Below, piece by piece: positions 26,676-34,587 of a stretch of DNA of 34,587 nucleotides. The notes beneath the pieces are model-generated. The model worked only from the letters and a program-made list of their open reading frames with translations, searched no databases and was not told the DNA's origin. Origin of the DNA: Candidatus Aegiribacteria sp. (GTDB taxonomy: Bacteria > Fermentibacterota > Fermentibacteria > Fermentibacterales > JCC-6); NCBI GenBank assembly GCA_046498225.1, contig JAWOBF010000065.1, forward strand, positions 1-34,587, in the 5' to 3' direction. Each line of letters starts with the position of its first letter. The first letter of the stretch is position 1. The translations under genes were made by a program, and so were the position numbers.

Positions 26676-27334
26676 CTTTTCCTCACAAGAGTAAGCCCGT
26701 CACCCACGGGGAGCATGGATACATCCACCCTGTCGTCAACGGCTATTCTCCGGTTGAGTTCCCTGATGGCGGCCGTTCCGGGGTCATCCGCCCCGGTGTC
26801 GATGACCCTGCCGTGCCTGAACACGTTGTCGATGGCCATCAGACCGCCATTCCCCAGGAGTTCCAGGCAGAGTTCGTAGTAGACCGGGTAGGATTCCTTG
26901 TCCGCGTCAATGAAGGCGAAATCCATGCTTCCGGCTTCACCCCGGTCCAGAAGCCGCATGAGGGTCTTTTCCGCCGGTGCCAGTTTCAGCTCTATTCTGC
27001 CCTCCACACCGGCCATGGCCCAGTACTTCGCGGCCGTTTCCGTCCATTCACTATTGACGTCGCAGGCGGTGAGGATCCCTCCCGGGGGGAGTGCCAGGGC
27101 TGTCCAGAGAGCGCTGTAGCCGGTGAATACCCCCACCTCCAGCGCGCGTTCGGCTCCAGTCAGCCCGACCAGAAAATGCAGGAGCTGCCCCTGCTCCGGG
27201 GAAATCTGCATGTTGGAGTTACTCATCCTGCCGGTCTCCAGGCGAAGCCGCCTGAGCACATCCGTCTCCCTCAGTGAGACCGAAAGCATGTACTCGCGAA
27301 GCTCCGGGGAGATAGACATCGTTTCTCTGGACAT
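26672..27334 (-). CDS. Class I SAM-dependent O-methyltransferase (caffeoyl-CoA/catechol OMT family)
   Basis: MQISPEQGQ, LEVGVFTGYS, FAFIDADK, AIDNV, LPVGDGLTL. GGAGG SD. Confidence 0.93.
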   Translation of the reverse strand: MSRETMSISPELREYMLSVSLRETDVLRRLRLETGRMSNSNMQISPEQGQLLHFLVGLTGAERALEVGVFTGYSALWTALALPPGGILTACDVNSEWTETAAKYWAMAGVEGRIELKLAPAEKTLMRLLDRGEAGSMDFAFIDADKESYPVYYELCLELLGNGGLMAIDNVFRHGRVIDTGADDPGTAAIRELNRRIAVDDRVDVSMLPVGDGLTLVRKR

Positions 27335-27390
27335 TCAGTCCTCCTCTCCGGCGGATGCCAGCGCCACCGGCCCCGGGGTGTCTTGAAAAA

Positions 27391-27909
27391 TCACTCCAGG
27401 AACCTGCCGACGGATACTATCCGGCTGGAGTAGTATTCCCTGGACAGTGATTCCCTGACTACTCCCCGGGCCGATGAGGCGTGGGCGAAGAAACCGTTGC
27501 CGATGTAGATACCCACATGGGAAATGCCGGATCCCGAGGTATCGAAGAATATCAGGTCGCCGAACCTCATGTCGCCGGGAACCACCGGCGCCGCGGAAGC
27601 GGCCTGCAGGCTGGCTGTCCTGGGTATATCCATCTCCACCGACCTGAAGACGGCCTGAGTGAACCCTGAGCAGTCCACACCGGACCGGCTGCTTCCGCCG
27701 TAGACGTAGGGAGTTCCCATCCATGAATCGATCTCCTGCATGAGGTCGTTGTCCAGGGATGTCCTTGGTCCGCTTCCGGATGATATCATCTCCGACCACT
27801 GGCCGCCGGCGCAGCGTATGCCGTCCCCCCGGTAGACCGGGGAGGGGCCGCAGGAATTCAGCAGTGTTACCCACAGGAGAAGCGCGATGAGCCTTGCCGA
27901 AAACCTCAT
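27391..27909 (-). CDS. NlpC/P60 (C40) cell-wall peptidase lipoprotein
   Basis: Lipobox LNSC, GTPYVYGG, DCSGF, GDLIFF, HVGIY, HAS. Confidence 0.93.
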   Translation of the reverse strand: MRFSARLIALLLWVTLLNSCGPSPVYRGDGIRCAGGQWSEMISSGSGPRTSLDNDLMQEIDSWMGTPYVYGGSSRSGVDCSGFTQAVFRSVEMDIPRTASLQAASAAPVVPGDMRFGDLIFFDTSGSGISHVGIYIGNGFFAHASSARGVVRESLSREYYSSRIVSVGRFLE

Positions 27910-29486
27910 AGTGTGAGCTTTATCACCGTATCCCTCGGCGGCTGGCGCGACCCGGGACAGTCCAGGCTGAAATGCAGCCCCCTGCTCTCCCTTCTTCGAA
28001 GCGCCGACATAACTATGGCCCGGCTCACGGTGCAGATGTTGCGGAGTTCCAGCAGACCGGTTACGGGTAGAAGGGCCCAGTAATCCTCCTCTATCTCGTC
28101 CGCCAGGACATCAATAAGCCGCAGAGCCCTGTAAAGCCTTCTGTCGGACCTGACTATTCCCACGTAATCCCACATCACGCTCCTGATGGACGCCCAGGCA
28201 TGGTCCACTAGAATGTTCTCCCGCAGCGGCTCAGCCCTTCCGAACGACCAGTCCCTGGCGTGGAAATCAGAGGGATCCATCACTGTCTCGGGAATTGAAT
28301 CGGCCGCCTTGAGACCCATTACGCCGGCTTCCAGCAGGCTGTTGCTTCCCAGGCGGTTTGAGCCGTGAAAACCGGTGCATGAAGCCTCGCCTATGGTTCT
28401 GAGCCCGTTCATGGCAGTACTTCCGTCGGGGGCGGCCTCTACGCCTCCCACTATGTAATGGGCGGCGGGAACCACCGGTATAGGCTCCTCCCAGGGTATG
28501 ATTCCCACCGAAGTGACCCCTTCGGTAACTTCCGGAAAACTGGCGGAGAGTTTCTCCTCGCCAAGATGGGTCGCGTCCAGGAGCACGTGGTCGTTGCCAA
28601 GTCTCTTCATCTCCGAGTCTATTGCCCTGGCCACTATGTCCCTTGGGGCCAGCTCCATCCTCTCCGGGTCGTACTTCTCCATGAATCTCTCTCCGCTGAG
28701 GTTCAGCAGTCTGGCCCCCTCTCCCCTGAGAGCCTCCGTCACCAGGAAGTTCCTTTTCTCGGGGTGGAAGAGACAGGTTGGATGGAACTGGAAGAACTCC
28801 ATGTTCCTGATGGGAAGGCCCGCCCGGTAGGCCATTGCGATTCCGTCGCCGGTGGCCGAATCCTGGTTGGATGTGTACCTGTATACCTTTCCGGCTCCTC
28901 CGGTGGCTATCACGGTTTCGCCTGCCAGTACGGTGGATATCCGTCCGTCGTGAAGCACGTGGGCACCCAGGCACCTGTCCGTGCCGTTCTCCACCAGCTC
29001 CGGCATCTCCCTCGAGGCCGTGAGAAGGTTCACGGCGAACGCCGGCTGCATTACCGTGACGTTCTCCCTTTCAACGCAGCGCTGGCTGAGGACCTCGCTT
29101 ATCAGCCTTCCCGTCCTGTCCTTGTGATGCAGGACCCGCCTGTAGCTGTGCCCGCCCTCTATGCCGCTCCTGCCCTTCCCTGAGAATCCCTCGAGCACGG
29201 CGCCCCATCGGGCAAGCTGAGAGACCAGCCTCGGGCCTCCCCTTATTATCTCCAGTGCCACTTCCTCGTTCACCAGGCCTCCGCCCGCGTCAACCGTATC
29301 CTTCAGGTGAAGCTGAAAACTGTCATCTTCCGCCACAACCGCGGCAAGGCCTCCCTGGGCAAGGTACGTGCTTCCGGTGGGCATGGGGACCTTGCTCACC
29401 AGAAGGACCCTTACGCTTCCGGGGAGGGAGAGAGCGCAGGTGAGTCCGGCCATGCCCGCGCCCAGTATCAGTACATCGATCTCCAT
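27906..29486 (-). CDS. nadB: L-aspartate oxidase
   Basis: GAGMAG, AQGG, EGGHS..RVLH, QFHPT, TEALRGEG, LAPRDIVAR, PAAHY, GSNRLGSNSLLE, ESRGLH. Start at ATG 29486 or TTG 29501. Confidence 0.95.
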   Translation of the reverse strand: MEIDVLILGAGMAGLTCALSLPGSVRVLLVSKVPMPTGSTYLAQGGLAAVVAEDDSFQLHLKDTVDAGGGLVNEEVALEIIRGGPRLVSQLARWGAVLEGFSGKGRSGIEGGHSYRRVLHHKDRTGRLISEVLSQRCVERENVTVMQPAFAVNLLTASREMPELVENGTDRCLGAHVLHDGRISTVLAGETVIATGGAGKVYRYTSNQDSATGDGIAMAYRAGLPIRNMEFFQFHPTCLFHPEKRNFLVTEALRGEGARLLNLSGERFMEKYDPERMELAPRDIVARAIDSEMKRLGNDHVLLDATHLGEEKLSASFPEVTEGVTSVGIIPWEEPIPVVPAAHYIVGGVEAAPDGSTAMNGLRTIGEASCTGFHGSNRLGSNSLLEAGVMGLKAADSIPETVMDPSDFHARDWSFGRAEPLRENILVDHAWASIRSVMWDYVGIVRSDRRLYRALRLIDVLADEIEEDYWALLPVTGLLELRNICTVSRAIVMSALRRRESRGLHFSLDCPGSRQPPRDTVIKLTL

Positions 29487-29497
29487 TGCGCTGTCGG

Positions 29498-30598
29498 TCA
29501 ATTCGGTCCACGTTCCTTTCTTTTTCTGCCGGCCTCTATTACCCGCTCTATGTCTTCCATCAGCTCCGGCACAGCACCTCTTACCTCCAGGTTCATGGTC
29601 TGGACCATAATATCGGAAGTCCCCGGAAGCCCGTAAAGTTTCACCGCGTCCTTGGCGGTGGTGATGAGGCCTGACGCTCCGGTCCGCTCCATCAGTCCCC
29701 TGAGACGCTCGACGTCCTCCGGAGTGTACGAATGATGGTCGGGGAACACTTCCAGGCCCTCCAGTCTGATACCCACTTCCTCCAGCGAGTTCCTGAAGCT
29801 GTCCGGCTTTCCTATGCCGCAGAAGGCCAGGAGGGTTCTGCTGGGGATCCTGCCGATGCTTCCTCCTCCCACCAGTCTCACACCGGTGTGCTTGACCCTG
29901 CTGAACTGGACGGGGGCCTTCCAGTTGTAATCGATGAGCCTCCGCTTGATCCATTCGGCGGACATTCCCGATGGTATCCTGTTGATCCAGATATGGTCCG
30001 CCCTGGATATCACCGAGGGGAACTCCCTGAGAGTTCCGGAGGGAATTACGCCCCCCTGCCCGAAGGGGCTGGCGAAATCAAGTACCACCAGCTCTATGCT
30101 CCGGTGCAGTCTGAGGTGCTGGAACCCGTCGTCAACTATGATGATATCCGGTTTTTCTCCCCTGTATGCCCTGATGGCGGCCTCGGTCTTCGACCTTCCC
30201 GCATACACGCTGCTCCTGCCCAGGAGGCTCTCCGCCAGGAGAAGGACCTCATCGGTGAAATCCTTCCTCACGTCATCGCTGTCCAGCCTGACCCTGCAGG
30301 AGCTTTTCCTGCGACCGAAGTTCCTGGCCACCACGGCCGTGCTGTATCCCATTCCGGTTATCCTGTTGGCCAGCCATATGGTCACCGGAGTCTTCCCGGT
30401 ACCGCCGACCTCGATATTGCCCACGCTTATGACGGGCACCGGAAGACGTATCTGACGGTTGCCGGATTCGTACCATTTTCGCCTGAGGGAGGCCAATAGG
30501 CCGTAGAGCCAGCCCACCGGCATCAGGGCCCACCCCAGCCAGGCGTACCATCCCTGGCGACGGACTATTCGGCCGAAGATGCGGTCAGGTCTTTCCAT
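29498..30598 (-). CDS. lpxK: Tetraacyldisaccharide 4'-kinase
   Basis: PVISVGNIEVGGTGKTP, DE, DDGFQH, PSGTLRE, FCGIGKP, FPDHH, TTAKDAVK. Start ATG 30598. Confidence 0.95.
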   Translation of the reverse strand: MERPDRIFGRIVRRQGWYAWLGWALMPVGWLYGLLASLRRKWYESGNRQIRLPVPVISVGNIEVGGTGKTPVTIWLANRITGMGYSTAVVARNFGRRKSSCRVRLDSDDVRKDFTDEVLLLAESLLGRSSVYAGRSKTEAAIRAYRGEKPDIIIVDDGFQHLRLHRSIELVVLDFASPFGQGGVIPSGTLREFPSVISRADHIWINRIPSGMSAEWIKRRLIDYNWKAPVQFSRVKHTGVRLVGGGSIGRIPSRTLLAFCGIGKPDSFRNSLEEVGIRLEGLEVFPDHHSYTPEDVERLRGLMERTGASGLITTAKDAVKLYGLPGTSDIMVQTMNLEVRGAVPELMEDIERVIEAGRKRKERGPN

Positions 30599-32459
30599 TG
30601 TCCTCCAGAACTCCCGCCCTTGCGAGAACGCGGAACAGGCCGTCCTTCGAGCCACCTTTAAGGCGGCGTAATTCCGCTTTCAGCTCCATCCGGTCGGGGG
30701 GCATTTCCGCCAGGGTCTCCAGGATGGCGGCCAGCTCCCCTGACGAGGAGAATACCGCTGCTCCTCCCTTTTCCCGCAATTTCTCCACCGCGTCCCTGAA
30801 GTTGCCGTAGTTGGGACCCACCGTGAACGGTACTCCCCTCATGGCCGGCTCTAAAACGTTGTGACCGCCTATGGGGGCCAGTGTCCCTCCCACGAAGGCC
30901 GCGTCGCCGATACCGTACATTCGGGCAAGTACGCCCTGAACATCCGTCAGTACGGAGTCGAAGACAACCTCTTCCCGGCCGCTGCCGAAGAGCTGCGACC
31001 ACCTGACCGGACTGAAACCCATCTCCTTCATCAGCGTCTCCACCTCCCTCACCCTGTCCAGGTGGCGGGGAACGACCACCGGGAAATAGCCGGCGGACCG
31101 GCATGCGCTGAGGATGATTTCCTCCTCCCCCTCCCTGGTGGAGCCGGCCACCATGACGGGCCCTGCGCAGGCAAGCAGCTTCCTCCATTCCGGAGGAGGG
31201 TCCCCGCTGTCCGCCATGAACTTCGAATCGCCGGACACCGTCACAACCCTGGGGTCCACTCCCAGGGACAGGAACCTTTTCCGGTCCTCCCCGCTCCTTG
31301 CCAGGACGGCGGAGAAACATGAGAGCATTCCTCCAGGAAGCGGGGCCATGAGCCTGTACCGCCTCAGGCTTTTTTTCGACAGCCTTCCGTTTACCAGCAC
31401 GCATGGTATCCTTCTGGACAGGGCGCCGAGAATGGCATTGGGCCATATCTCAGTTTCAGCCAGCACAAGAGCCCGCGGGTCTGTCCTCTCCAGGAACCTT
31501 TCTATCCACCGGGGCACATCAAGGGGTATGAAGCTTCCGGGAAGGCCCTGTTCCTCGATGAAAGCGCGTCCGGAGGGGGTGAAGCAGGTCATGTAGACCG
31601 GAACCCCCCTTCGAAGAAGACCGCGGGCGAAGGGAAGAAGGCCGTTGAGCTCACCCAGGGATGACCCGTGCATCCAAACCGGCCGGTCATGGGACGGTCC
31701 GGCGTACCCTTTCCGCTCCCTTCTCTCCCTTTCCGGCCTGTTCAGGAGGAGGAGCCGGGCCAGGGGGCTGACAGCCCGCGCCGCCGCTCGGAGCAGGGCG
31801 GAGAGCAATCCGGCACGGGGGGACGAGAGCAGGTCGGCGTAGGCTGTGACACCGCAAAGGCCCGTTTCCAGCCCTTCCAGCCAGACTTCCTGCGGTTCAT
31901 CCCTGCGCATGGAGCGTAGGGGCCTTCCCTCCACTACAACAACCTTCGCGAAGGGCAGGGGCAGCATGAAACGGTCCCATGAACTGAAGCGGACGGCCGG
32001 CCATCCCGAGGTGCCCATGGGGACCACCGGTCTTCCGCCCAGCCTGGATATGAGGGCGGTTCCCGCCTTGGCCTTCTTCGCCGGTCCTCTTGGTCCGTCC
32101 GGCGTTATGGCGCAGTCTTCGCCCCGCCTGAGAGACCGGGCCATGCTCCCGAGAGCTTCCGCCCCTCCCCTGGAACTGGATCCCCTGACGGTGCGGAATC
32201 CCATGGAATGCAGAACGTTGGTCACGTACTGACCATCGGTGTTGCGGCTGACCAGGACTGTTACGCCCTCCCCCCTGTGGGTGTGTATCAGGGGAAGCTG
32301 CCTGCCGTGCCAGAAAGCGTAGAAGACCGTCCTTCCCCTGGTCATTCCGGACCTGCCGGAGAAGGGTCGAACGTACTCCACCCTCCAGGTGAGGCCGATG
32401 AGCCTCATGAACAGCCTGCCAAGCACCCGTGAAAGGCTGAGAAGGTCCGGTCTTCTCAC
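30585..32459 (-). CDS. waaA: Fusion of DUF374 (LpxJ-like acyltransferase) and Kdo transferase WaaA
   Basis: GTG start at 32459 (GTGA overlap). N-domain: FWHGRQ, SRNTDG, VRGSSSRGG, ITPDGPRGP, SWDRFMLPLPF. C-domain: WMHGSSLGE, ETEIWPN, NGRLS, AGSTREGEE, VPRH, GGHNVLEPA, GPN. Confidence 0.9.
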   Translation of the reverse strand: MRRPDLLSLSRVLGRLFMRLIGLTWRVEYVRPFSGRSGMTRGRTVFYAFWHGRQLPLIHTHRGEGVTVLVSRNTDGQYVTNVLHSMGFRTVRGSSSRGGAEALGSMARSLRRGEDCAITPDGPRGPAKKAKAGTALISRLGGRPVVPMGTSGWPAVRFSSWDRFMLPLPFAKVVVVEGRPLRSMRRDEPQEVWLEGLETGLCGVTAYADLLSSPRAGLLSALLRAAARAVSPLARLLLLNRPERERRERKGYAGPSHDRPVWMHGSSLGELNGLLPFARGLLRRGVPVYMTCFTPSGRAFIEEQGLPGSFIPLDVPRWIERFLERTDPRALVLAETEIWPNAILGALSRRIPCVLVNGRLSKKSLRRYRLMAPLPGGMLSCFSAVLARSGEDRKRFLSLGVDPRVVTVSGDSKFMADSGDPPPEWRKLLACAGPVMVAGSTREGEEEIILSACRSAGYFPVVVPRHLDRVREVETLMKEMGFSPVRWSQLFGSGREEVVFDSVLTDVQGVLARMYGIGDAAFVGGTLAPIGGHNVLEPAMRGVPFTVGPNYGNFRDAVEKLREKGGAAVFSSSGELAAILETLAEMPPDRMELKAELRRLKGGSKDGLFRVLARAGVLEDNGKT

Positions 32460-33547
32460 CCTCCGGCCTCCCGAACTACAAGCTCGGCGGCCCGGGCCGA
32501 GGAGCCCGGGGGCCCGAGAGCCTTTCGCACCAGAACAGCGCCCTCCAGGGCGGTCCTTCTCGCCGGACCCTCCTTCAGCAGCGGCCTTGTGCCTTCGGCA
32601 ATGGCCCCGGGAGTAACCTGCGACTGGATCAGTTCTCCGGCGAACTGCCTCCCCGCCACCAGGTTCGCCATTCCGATGTTCCGCACACCCCGGACCAGCA
32701 GCCTGGCCAGAAGATAGGTGAGCGGAGATGTCCTGTACGCGATTATGAACGGTACGCCCCACATGGCGGTCTCCAGGGTGGCGGTACCGGAGCAGACCAC
32801 GGCGGAGGCGGCCCCGTCGAGAGCTTCTTTCACGGAATCCGCCGTAGTTACACCTTCCGCGGCCAGGGCATTCCCGTAGACCTCGAAAGGTACGCCGGGG
32901 GTAACGGCAACCGTGGCCCGGTTCACCAGCCCCTCCCGCCTCAGTATGCCGAATGCCTCAACCATGGGCTCCAGGAGCAGGGAAACCTCCTGCCTGCGGC
33001 TTCCGGGAAGCAGCGCCAGTTTTCCGGTGAGCCCCTGCTGCAGTGGCGCAGGTATGGAATCTGCGAGGGGGTGACCGGTCCAGACAGCCCTGACACCCCG
33101 TTTTTCGTAGAAATCCACCTCGAAGCGGAAAAGGGTCATCATCAGGTCCACCGACCTGCGGATCCTTCGTACCCGGCCGGAACCCCAGGCCCAAAGCTGC
33201 GGGGAGATATAGTATATGACCCTGAACCCCCTGTCGGCCGCCCATTCCGCCAGGGGTATGTTGAAGCCCGGGTAATCCACCAGCAGGACCGCGTCCGGGG
33301 CGGATTCCAGGATATGGGTCCTCAGGTCCCGTCTGAGCTTTCGCAGTTTTCCCAGGGAGGAGATTACCTCCGCGAAGCCCATCACCGAGTAGCTGTCCAG
33401 GTGGAACAGGATATCGGCCCCGGCCCGGCGGAGATTGTCGCCGCCCAGACCGGATACCGATACCCGGGCAATTGAGTTCAGCTCGCGCAGCAGTTCTCCT
33501 GCCCGAACGTCCCCCGAAGGGTCACCGGCCGAGACGACCAGTTTCAT
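32456..33547 (-). CDS. lpxB: Lipid-A-disaccharide synthase
   Basis: ATG 33547 (TAATG overlap). AGDPSGD, VMGFAEV, VDYPGFN, YYISPQLWAW, GHP, LLPGSR, SGTATLE, ELIQ. Confidence 0.96.
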   Translation of the reverse strand: MKLVVSAGDPSGDVRAGELLRELNSIARVSVSGLGGDNLRRAGADILFHLDSYSVMGFAEVISSLGKLRKLRRDLRTHILESAPDAVLLVDYPGFNIPLAEWAADRGFRVIYYISPQLWAWGSGRVRRIRRSVDLMMTLFRFEVDFYEKRGVRAVWTGHPLADSIPAPLQQGLTGKLALLPGSRRQEVSLLLEPMVEAFGILRREGLVNRATVAVTPGVPFEVYGNALAAEGVTTADSVKEALDGAASAVVCSGTATLETAMWGVPFIIAYRTSPLTYLLARLLVRGVRNIGMANLVAGRQFAGELIQSQVTPGAIAEGTRPLLKEGPARRTALEGAVLVRKALGPPGSSARAAELVVREAGG

Positions 33548-34482
33548 TACGGGGAGATGCTCCCTGTGACTTCTTCCGCGGCTTCCTGTATCCTGCCCGA
33601 GATTATCTGGGCGGATATGAGAGCGTTCAGTCCGTCGATACCGCTTACCACCGGGTCCGAACCGGTGTCGCACGCGTTCCTGAAGTCCTTCAGCTCCTCC
33701 GTGAGAGCGTCCACTTCGGGGACTTCGACGCTGACCGGACATATCTCGCTTCCCTCCAGGCTGAACGCCTCCACCTTCCTTTCGGCGAAATCAACCGATA
33801 CGTACCTTCGGGGCTGAAAGAACCTGAGCTTCCTTATGGGCTCTCTCGATATCCTGCTGGCGGTCATGTTCACCACGCATCGGTTCTCGAACTGTATTCT
33901 TGCGCTGGCGATGTCAACATGTTCGCTCAGCACCGGAATTCCCGATGCCTGGACCGATACAACCGGAGAGCGAACGAAGGACAGCACCAGGTCGATATCA
34001 TGTATCATCAGGTCGAGCACAACGGAGACGTCGGTACCGCGTGGATTGAACGGCGCCATCCTGTGTCCCTCCACGAACAGCGGTTCGTCGATGAGACCGG
34101 ACGCCGCCATTATGGCCGGATTGAATCTTTCCACATGACCCACCGCCAGGACGAGGTTGTTCTCCTGCGCCCTCTCCACCATCTCCCTTCCCTCACTGAT
34201 GGTGGCGGCTATGGGCTTTTCCACCAGAACGTGAAGGCCGGCCTCAAGGGCTCGAAGGACGACATGATGATGGCTGGAGGTGGTGGTGGCGACCACCACC
34301 GACCCGCACCTGTCAAGAAGGGAATCGATACCTGAGCAGGGCCTTACGTCGATCTTCGAGGCGATTTCCCTCATCCTCTCCCTGTCGGTGTCGAAAACCG
34401 GCACGGTATCCCCGGTGATCTCCCCCAGTATCCTGGCGTGGTGAAAGCCCAGGTGGCCGGTTCCGATGACTCCAGTTACCAT
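33547..34482 (-). CDS. Gfo/Idh/MocA oxidoreductase, probable UDP-GlcNAc 3-dehydrogenase (GnnA-like)
   Basis: GTGHLG, VEKP, VGHVERFNPA, DVSVVLDLMIHDID, TASRIS. GGAGG SD before ATG 34482. Directly upstream of lpxB. Confidence 0.85.
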   Translation of the reverse strand: MVTGVIGTGHLGFHHARILGEITGDTVPVFDTDRERMREIASKIDVRPCSGIDSLLDRCGSVVVATTTSSHHHVVLRALEAGLHVLVEKPIAATISEGREMVERAQENNLVLAVGHVERFNPAIMAASGLIDEPLFVEGHRMAPFNPRGTDVSVVLDLMIHDIDLVLSFVRSPVVSVQASGIPVLSEHVDIASARIQFENRCVVNMTASRISREPIRKLRFFQPRRYVSVDFAERKVEAFSLEGSEICPVSVEVPEVDALTEELKDFRNACDTGSDPVVSGIDGLNALISAQIISGRIQEAAEEVTGSISP

Positions 34483-34483
34483 T

Positions 34484-34587
34484 CTATCCTCCAAACGCTG
34501 AAAGTACGTCGGCCGCGTATTTGACCCCGCTCTCCGACAGGGACAGGTGGGTGACGAACCTGAGCCTGGACGGGGAGAGGGCCAGGC
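34484..34587 (-). CDS. C-terminal fragment of a probable low-specificity threonine aldolase
   Basis: Manual translation: LALSPSRLRFVTHLSLSESGVKYAADVLSAFGG*. RxVTH is typical of the LtaE-family C-terminus. Only about 33 codons are visible. Confidence 0.55.
   Translation of the reverse strand, partial: LALSPSRLRFVTHLSLSESGVKYAADVLSAFGG

Noticed and set aside
10748..33742. Extended N-termini in the ORF track (10748, 11392, 17583, 19115, 29954, 32762, 33742) suggesting fusions or long overlaps
   Set aside because: Each has a downstream start overlapping or abutting the previous stop (ATGA, GTGA, TTGA, TAATG), where recognisable protein sequence begins.
1..34587. tRNA, rRNA, riboswitch, CRISPR, transposase, integrase, prophage or defence genes
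   Set aside because: None recognised by eye. Intergenic gaps are all under about 200 nt and lack such signatures. An Infernal/Rfam scan would be needed to exclude small RNAs.

Overview
GC-rich, gene-dense chromosomal window from an anaerobic diderm bacterium. A PorV-like protein, a DUF3857-transglutaminase pair and lipid A genes suggest the FCB superphylum; that placement is inference only. I found no rRNA, tRNA, CRISPR array or mobile element. Left to right: a partial 2-hydroxyacyl-CoA dehydratase activase fusion (minus strand, missing from the ORF track); a four-gene plus-strand operon (two large alkaline-phosphatase-superfamily/NPP enzymes, an EMC3/TMCO1/DUF106-like membrane protein, a small ribbon-helix-helix protein) converging on sat plus a P-loop-less CysC-like gene; a PilH/PilI/PilG-like ABC operon with a His-rich lipoprotein; a long minus-strand operon (PorV-like, surE, two transglutaminase-like proteins, GT-C/TPR protein, murJ, uvrC); lipM-like and lipA; a 2H phosphoesterase; dusB; lipoproteins; an O-methyltransferase; NlpC/P60; nadB; and a lipid A block (gnnA-like, lpxB, DUF374/LpxJ-WaaA fusion, lpxK). 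The best candidate for an undescribed system is 2652-9344: sulfate activation coupled to an apparently inactive APS kinase, an inside/outside pair of AlkP enzymes, an Oxa1-superfamily-like membrane protein, and two small proteins sharing a C-terminal EE..I..(L/M)..(L/M)GY tail.
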